From the NCBI RefSeq assembly GCF_029232205.1, contig NZ_CP107255.1:240001-272000 (forward strand): 32,000 bases of DNA. The letters are read 5' to 3'. The translations under genes and the position numbers were made by a program. The notes beneath the pieces were generated by a model. It saw only the letters and a list, made by a program, of their open reading frames with translations, was not told where the DNA came from and made no database searches. Below are positions 31,201 to 32,000 of the stretch, one piece after another (within the stretch, counting starts at the first letter, position 1; each line of letters begins with the position of its first letter). The DNA comes from Candidatus Saccharimonadota bacterium (GTDB taxonomy: Archaea; Nanohalarchaeota; Nanosalinia; Nanosalinales; Nanosalinaceae).

Positions 31201-32000
31201 TTTGCGAATACCGCGAACTCCTGTGTCTGATTGACCTGTACATCACAGCTCCCGCTGAACTGAGAGTTGTCACAGTAGATCTCTCCTGTTGCTCCCGTCT
31301 TTGACCACACGTAGTTGTTGTTATCTTGGTCTGGGTCGTGATATCCTATCCAGTGTTGTCCACTGAACTGGCCTGTTATCAGGTCGTTTTCCTCTTGGTT
31401 CTCAATTGTTGCTAGATGATCTCCATTTGACTGGCAAGTATCTCTGGCATTTGGCCAGGTCATGTCGGAGGATGTGTTGTAGTATGTGCCATTATCTCTC
31501 TCACAGATTGCGGCCTCAGTTTCGCCTGTAGGATAATCATGCCAGACTCCTCCGCTTGATGTCAGCATCTTGACATAAGGTTGATCTCCTGCATCAGGCT
31601 GGCCGCTATCCCAGTTTTTGTAGTAGGAGGTGACTACTGTCTGGTCTAGGTGGCCTTCTCCGTCGTTGATGCTGCTTGAGATTGTTACTGTGTCGTTTGT
31701 GTTTACTACTGTGTCATTTGCTGATGTGCTTGTGACTGATGGAGGTGTTGCGTCTACTTCTACGGTTATTGTTCGGCTATCATTGAGGTTGCCGGCGTTG
31801 TCTCTGGCCCAGAATCTGTACATGTAGGATCCTGTGCTTCCTGGTGTGTTGACTGTACATTGGTTGAGGTCGGTTCCTGCATCGTTGAAAGTTGAGTTTC
31901 CACATACTGTGCTGCTATCTCTGAGCAGTTTTGTTGCGTATAGGCCACTTTCTAGATCTCTTGTTATGGCTGAGAAGTTGACTGGCTGGTTTGCTGCTGT
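16299..32000 (-). CDS. Giant multi-lectin / Ig-repeat surface protein with C-terminal TM helix and cytoplasmic HerA/FtsK-superfamily ATPase (5' end beyond right edge; >5,233 codons)
   Basis: The ORF track gives 16299-31823 (5,174 aa from the first Met). My translation of 31824-32000 in the same frame has no stop (TAANQPVNFSAITRDLESGLYATKLLRDSSTVCGNSTFNDAGTDLNQCTVNTPGSTGSY-MYRFWARDNAGN) and continues a module motif. The real start and any signal peptide therefore lie outside the window. Domain content is listed in the separate features below. Confidence 0.9.
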   Translation of the reverse strand, partial: TAANQPVNFSAITRDLESGLYATKLLRDSSTVCGNSTFNDAGTDLNQCTVNTPGSTGSYMYRFWARDNAGNLNDSRTITVEVDATPPSVTSTSANDTVVNTNDTVTISSSINDGEGHLDQTVVTSYYKNWDSGQPDAGDQPYVKMLTSSGGVWHDYPTGETEAAICERDNGTYYNTSSDMTWPNARDTCQSNGDHLATIENQEENDLITGQFSGQHWIGYHDPDQDNNNYVWSKTGATGEIYCDNSQFSGSCDVQVNQTQEFAVFANDTLGNINYQTVQVDTDDTKPSITINQPPSSPVTGTITIDASISDSHLDTNSPEYKITKADGTNTSGSLTGGGPWTADVDTTNFEDGNHDVYVVAEDKAGNRNTVKVTPQFDNTPPEITYEENIYNQAWVKVETDTGDTIIVNLRKSGVTTADLSDLDGTTATISVKLATDQVTSTPVLDSLQLNGAQGGLLENLTTETQWKDGNFDGTTPDAQPGSLQIGYLDGDTSAGTINDPGEFEETASEIEKYSGLYQIRNIDLTENPGQLTVDARNIKTGNVQGQTSFNETIYDLLENGDPTTYDYKIEELDSDGTVTDTIVSWTDLGTNGGSSYGAVLDTTTEADGNYQITVEAQDDLGNTNTKTMKFKIDNTAPSITNVRASPSTPVAPGSTVTVKADITDINLDETFLENFEGRDTSGNETICTNSEFTKEGGSTYSCDITINRTQSFLALATDTPGNIQNAFENYATVQVDGAKPKTSIDNINSGESISGTQTLQATLADRFYQLQNWDFENGNTGAWTYSGGGTVQSGQCNGGDCGRFASTAVYPNAKGSQNISTATTTELRDQTIEVKADLYADMSQGICTETDGEAYDGQYGAEADTRLHIKAWNSGSIIKEKKGVWASHYSSGTGLRTVRQGFKVPSNAETLTIQVDGADLCGTESGLDDVNAYFDDVTVLPSNPDTGSMKYALENSSGNFTPSGTGFGSVGFDSGTSYSTNVDTTNLADGAYKLWVKGSDTLDNQDQSSVQNVIVDNTAPRISFKEQLYSEATIQVTDNGKTETVNIIPTVTDYELDFGATDGGADLDIDLTSDYPTGSPEIGWIALKDSNGNIMANISSEADWESGTFNGLTADRDANSGDLGIGYQDGTAGDNLVGYWRMDQAVSGSGGTVTDYSGNNNDGTTQNGINTGSEGISNTQAFKFDGSDDYVNVSSPSSMDLQQFTYSAWVKYNKSNVFFMGRPDGSGANEAMLFENNQYLRTIIDDQTYTASAGKLPMNEWTFISTSYDGNEVKWYVDGKMVDKQEIGSVTLNYNGCNFMIGADIDTGCSGGISNYFEGSMDEVQVYDTALTNSEVQELYRKTGTKFQGSYSQSGVGIANAIAELEVGYNSVKNGHLKESNVFNASIQDTLGNGDSSTYNYQIDSNGWNALSGSGYEYFTDIDTSGLGLSDGTHSLSIEASDTEGNQRTETLDFFVDNTPPQLSQFNSNLTYTNGSEVVGFNVTIDEDTFNRTGTEFSLAYTNGSVYGPLNTGECTFADPNYHCEVEWNPNMEPSGNYTLKATSQDRLGFGSTNYNANAYTYYDNLAPTINEASIDDYYVQSGTVLSVWANVTDEVAVDRVLAEGNNLNQNGDNWTGQVTADDGIVNFTAYDKAENIETASISYTIDDTPPTIDSFDSNASNGGFNDIASSDTYLRFDLQSTDNENLRTVEIENKSSDSYIDLTKGNGDTWYIETTPASLGMVNEQAYTINARATDKADNTNTTTYDLRIDNGAPQITSVELSDYIIQGSTEILVKATIEEDAMDTAWANGVEMTQINGTWQANITVDGTTQNPVNVTAEDLAGNVGNNITANYTIDNTPPTINSFTENTTYGVVRSDEAFTISANVTDDNLRNVKLNGTVMNQDGDNWTIQRTASIIGDGCPSGENLECLLGLTATDKADNQQSDTLNITIDDVRPSVANFSANTSVVRAGESVEFTANVSDPTLNTVKIRNDTVNRCNMTSTTGTGYSCTFEVFNTSTFTLEATDKAGNLNDSKTVYVEEDSNPPSISNFTSNATFNTSRSDDTIKLTATVEDASLQEVTVNGTDMSNSSDSDWYYEGTPSSLGCNSGVTENCTFVLKASDKPGNNATANYTLKIDDNPPSISEITLNDSIIQSNSTVRTTVNVSSESDETISEVTAEGESLFWNGSIWVQDVEIDNDGYLNITATDKAGNSIKNDSKTYTVDDTPPSLSNLGTNASFETMRSNATVNINLTATDSHLRNVEIQNAQTEEWIGLNNRSQNEWGLNNTTANLGCPEDGQRAKCNLTARGIDRADNIANITTEITVDDVEPVIQTVLLTGESDNVLKPNSTINIASVLYNDTDATLLNVTAEGETLMFTGERFNNTENRIESDWGGSVEIDNDGIINVTATDKADNKGANTSVDYIVDNENPEIYNLTINSSNNIVRSDEELNFTVTATDEYNVSTVTLEGYSMNQTGNTWYRVDTLSNIGCPTGETSCEVTTTATDQAEWTNQTTLNVTIDDVAPEVGTLSAINASDGNPDESLKKWLLDWRLTNTTDYTNLSVELFAYNETTNQPVDNTSYMEYYANDTYRDLETPAYFNASNGTYKFVANVTDRADNTVNSTYELKISARPPEATNMTPSDKFPEEDRQNINLTVNVTDTNSIQFVEIDIIGPNGDNVTGKRMEKISNNTGNFTGGYYRTNFTPTENGWYNTSIYARDTTDEEENKLFEDTFKAIGKTTGSVDLTANKTNFDNITQDYNGKTTLIAEFNNTGKVTAYETVLQEILAQNGITTNSTSIQCGDLAANATCNATIEATVTPTADPGNKRFSQFVDWVNPDGTTDDIGTTESINVEANPILKETGGQYYQELWWNETYQLPMEIYSFGNVDLTQVEPDIKQRALNNTEYLADNEFTIVNQSFTVEEGLTETAFIEVQIPDRGNYTSRAFVNATGNAENCDGSNCTDEKIIDLDVYRKLDVNLLNSSGNNLRDNLTLKAEVVDEEDTGISNYTVGFYDNGSLIRNVSTNSNGVAETHWNAISEEVGDHNIEVQIWDNESRYYKAYNDTETITKTLKDNLSISGGAQDTDMYWYDTQNDHYITAEYQLIDRNNNPVTGAAVDFYANATGSFEKIKTCETDGIGNCTILWNTTVTQPTTAQIRANSTKQYFSDSMTLTDMIEILGGFSIEIRSPADRPEKEYDRDLLRGSEQYLNASVRNQNGDEVTPNQLNWTINTTEGNVKIGENKTYNWSILNNVSTGLHKMNATAEGGNGTVTFDNNTVEIFDPVNITLTDQSTSSTERANSTVTFQAKVMNERNNTAVEGYPCRISDSSGLINTSTTNSSGYCNVTWNTGSTDFVGTHNITVDLATNRTGTWYKPQNTQSTTVTLTEKLNATINNPTGLINRYDTVDLESTIRDVYSQVNANVTWFYENQTILNTEDGIWNTTNQTLGPHNITVQAEKENYTTDNTTENITIYGYSDQAFSLADSYTTGDLVNISVRVTDNNTEEGLENYPVQLYKKHEDNTTETWLNGTTGANGWYNTTWDTENSTIGTYNITTEIKDNSSLYYNTTTENITETVFIGGTLQTNITNISAETIYRDNYSNPKQTTLRAETSSVNESVENASTFFLYNNQTIGQCTTNSTGDCNITWNPGNQTEIGNITVQAYSSAENYYNSSKANITLNVRTAAEPSWNDTEGAIAYNFSTKEGVELLPRIQETYTDRGIDNFPMTVYWGTRQETYTANISADDWNNVGTGNISQSDSGLVVSNTTAEKTVDIQEMDQLSFIANDSFTLELRNQTGWTEYTGSIENRNVTGIRVSSNNTVEILQIKMTDLDLENRKKLLEREPVGTFSYTNGTIDTAPVKNDYILTNEGGRNGTYVGARPGYDIDNVEGLKQEGVFGSKAAIANVSKLQPNESFHVRQSYAYWDSDNQKPFAEYDAISLWINSQLEANLSIENGDQTCSTSKVLETGTGWELKQVNLSNYSTQCGTDVGEIDIEFTNTGDSNFTGQVGVDEISKLNTVNTTADGERSLNWLPPRVDTFTFKLAMGDKQYYNNSQAYALKDYIVKSGGGGSSAGAELGGPTEDQDETAPESGQNVTSFNVTPRNFNVTVATNTYGTLGQIEVESNRTSSIKVNLSETENSELLDVRDQISLDPLETKTVDVGYDTSSAGDYNATLSLFNPETNEKSVDVNITMHVRPVEMNLLSAEAENGVDNLTAGDRINLTADLTFNGTDSIENADWTANIQDEKCGAANSTYNNQTDEWEISCYAPEIQYNPINTTLELVAETDNIETREKLSTQYRDTTGPFITSTTSENVEQRENATVEVDAFDNVNISSIEGQLVYLENNTAVENISFQRNGTVYKANATETAWDGDYDVNVTLTDENGYTTSKALPISVFPRVTVTGQMNNVKPNFKFKRPNSNTTLEEEETDSTYNLTVQNRTYDIEIDADTDTGNGIQRHKLEFNEANISGNTTNAVQLTSVDIGENTNFSHPEQTTNKTFAGISIENNMTFREVVVTLNYTTTEDFDEEEENNLRMYKCQYGNISKCNTTSTWTQLNGTINIDENTYSAKSNSTSSYILERYDTPDQENDNTEENPEEGQDTSSGGSNSGENTGGTIGPITGGGREQNESFNDTGLDDAYGPEPFIISPRIFQPIMFRGEERTFLLEIENNQNETIELNLDVEGELQKLLSFDNTSTRISPNSSTITQMRASIPENASIKSYKGDIIATYGNTTTRSTQQILVARRGIQGMNLDLQPLTQSVEPGNNFTFAVSIAEIELETPINVSITYYLRESSTDEILAQSNDSLNIMESTEFQRSFSTEGLGRGGYYVQAVAQARNSTVIDTATFSIQERFWTPFRTRAAVLLFLIMLISIGGWKAYQYYWVKRESEARYVFPVDYSKLPDDTDSDRMFEVGKIAETEKSAYINPEDLTTHAIVAGSTGSGKSVTANVIAEEALEEDIPVVVFDPTAQWTGFVKELKDDDLLKHYDRFDMDEETDPHPYPGVIKEISSEDPDIDFEELRNPGEITVFTLNELTTEQFDSAVRKIIDQIFEKEWEESPELEMLIVFDEVHRLLEEYGGEGGYKALEKGAREFRKWGIGLMMASQVTADFKQAISGNIMTEVQMQTKSMEDIDRVETKYGEEFAKRISSEDVGTGMIQNSNYNDGDPWFVDFRPTYHNPHKIPDSELEKYHELSEELDKLKDKLSQMKEQGQDVRDKKLELQLADNKLKQGRFKMARMYINSLKDELGIE
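16302..17387 (-). other. Cytoplasmic HerA/FtsK-superfamily ATPase domain of the giant protein
   Basis: Walker A AGSTGSGKS (17217-17240), PVVVFDPTAQW, Walker B MLIVFDEVHRLL, FRKWGIGLMMASQ, and a coiled-coil tail. No N-x-S/T sequon occurs in the ~360 aa. Confidence 0.8.
17424..17471 (-). other. Single transmembrane helix of the giant protein
   Basis: AAVLLFLIMLISIGGW, flanked by RTR on the outside and KAYQYYWVKRESE on the inside. Confidence 0.8.
21000..23140 (-). repeat. Asn/Thr-rich tract of Big_1 / carboxypeptidase-regulatory-like beta-sandwich modules
   Basis: Recurrent pattern V-x-F-(Y)...(T/S)-(D/N)-x-x-G-x-(A/C)-x-(V/I/T)-x-W-N. Examples: VGFYDNGSL..NGVAETHWNA, VDFYANATG..DGIGNCTILWNTT, PCRISDSSG..SSGYCNVTWNTG, PVQLYKKHE..ANGWYNTTWDTE, FFLYNNQTI..STGDCNITWNPG. 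Confidence 0.45.
24497..27632 (-). repeat. Eleven consecutive ~95-aa Ig-like modules delimited by D-(D/N)-x-x-P-x-(I/L/V) and ending (A/G)-x-D-(K/R)-A-(G/D)-N
   Basis: The twelve boundaries read from the translation are VDNTPPQL, YDNLAPTI, IDDTPPTI, IDNGAPQI, IDNTPPTI, IDDVRPSV, EDSNPPSI, IDDNPPSI, VDDTPPSL, VDDVEPVI, VDNENPEI and IDDVAPEV. Similarity is at protein level only and there is no DNA-level repeat. Confidence 0.65.
27972..28595 (-). other. LamG_3 / concanavalin-A-like lectin domain
   Basis: NLVGYWRMDQ...GTVTDYSGNNNDGT...AFKFDGSDDYVNV...FTYSAWVKY...EWTFISTSYDGNEVKWYVDGK...NFMIGAD...YFEGSMDEVQVYDTALTNSEVQELY. This is a near-textbook Laminin_G_3 pattern. Confidence 0.8.
29181..29699 (-). 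other. CBM_4_9-like (galactose-binding-like jelly-roll) domain
   Basis: Begins FYQLQNWDFENGNTGAWTYSGGG and ends NAYFDDVTV. These are the typical N- and C-terminal strands of CBM4/9/22-type modules. Confidence 0.45.
31296..31625 (-). other. C-type-lectin-like domain nested in an Ig-like module (giant protein aa ~67-176 from the first Met)
   Basis: Motifs NWDSGQPD...YVKMLTSSGGVWHDYPTGETEAAICE and MTWPNARDTCQSNGDHLATIENQEENDLI...QHWIGYHDPDQDNNNYVWS. Confidence 0.6.

Noticed and set aside
15221-31827. Dozens of 60-150-aa plus-strand ORFs inside the ATPase and giant genes, for example 15719-16177, 17896-18327, 18499-18936, 24260-24664 and 26038-26445.
   Set aside because: They are antisense shadows in a G/T-rich strand with few stop codons. 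Their composition is Cys/Leu/Phe/Ser/Val-rich, and all are nested in one continuous, motif-rich minus-strand ORF.
16299-32000. Calling the giant ORF a SPEARE-type protein (the serine protease, adhesion and restriction endonuclease giant described in Nanohaloarchaeota).
   Set aside because: I saw no serine-protease catalytic motifs and no restriction-endonuclease-like motif in the 5,233 visible residues. The C-terminal HerA/FtsK-type ATPase is not part of that description. The unseen N-terminus could change this, so only the general analogy of a giant adhesin stands.
1-32000. Integrases, transposases, toxin-antitoxin pairs, restriction-modification genes, CRISPR-Cas genes or known defence-system signatures.
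   Set aside because: I recognised none in any frame. The SdpI/XRE operon is the only immunity-like element, and it is reported separately with caveats.

Overview
The window is gene-dense. By my tally more than 97% is coding, and 17 of 21 genes lie on the minus strand.

**Likely source.** It looks like a streamlined halophilic archaeon:
- The proteins are strongly acidic.
- A/T boxes sit 22-33 nt upstream of the start codons of first-in-unit genes, a leaderless-type promoter pattern.
- A GGTGAT Shine-Dalgarno sequence occurs inside an operon.
- Many genes overlap by 1-4 nt.

A DPANN/Nanohaloarchaeota-like origin is inference only.

**Block 1 (1-6.7 kb)** looks accessory and encodes membrane proteins and regulators:
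- an MMPL/RND exporter split into two genes, with a divergent TetR
- a MATE pump with a divergent PadR
- a tight operon of four DUF2178-like membrane paralogues, a 66-aa XRE HTH protein and an SdpI/DUF1648 protein

**Block 2 (6.75-12.4 kb)** is housekeeping: sufB-sufD without an adjacent sufC, FAD synthase RibL, an XPD/Rad3 helicase, and two small acidic orphan ORFs on the plus strand.

**Block 3 (12.5-32 kb)** is the stand-out.
- One uninterrupted ORF has more than 5,233 codons and is still open at the right edge.
- It encodes a sequon-rich surface giant with C-type-lectin-like, CBM-like, LamG_3 and about 18 Ig-like modules.
- It ends in a single TM helix and a cytoplasmic HerA/FtsK-type P-loop ATPase.
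- A 628-aa gene follows with a 1-nt overlap. It is a head-to-tail tandem duplicate (period 1,886 nt) of the giant's last module and has its own signal peptide.
- An acidic coiled-coil protein and a tail-anchored zinc-ribbon protein come next, the latter coupled by an ATGA overlap.
- I propose this four-gene cluster as a candidate undescribed cell-surface, contact-dependent ATPase system.

**Window-wide signals**
- GGCC, mostly as AGGCC/GGCCT, is strongly over-represented.
- Synonymous codon choice flips with gene orientation.
- Codon usage is mosaic inside the giant gene.

I recognised no rRNA, tRNA, CRISPR array, transposase or integrase.

**Limits.** All family calls rest on motifs read by eye. 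Domain borders are good to about ±30 nt. Identity values are hand alignments.
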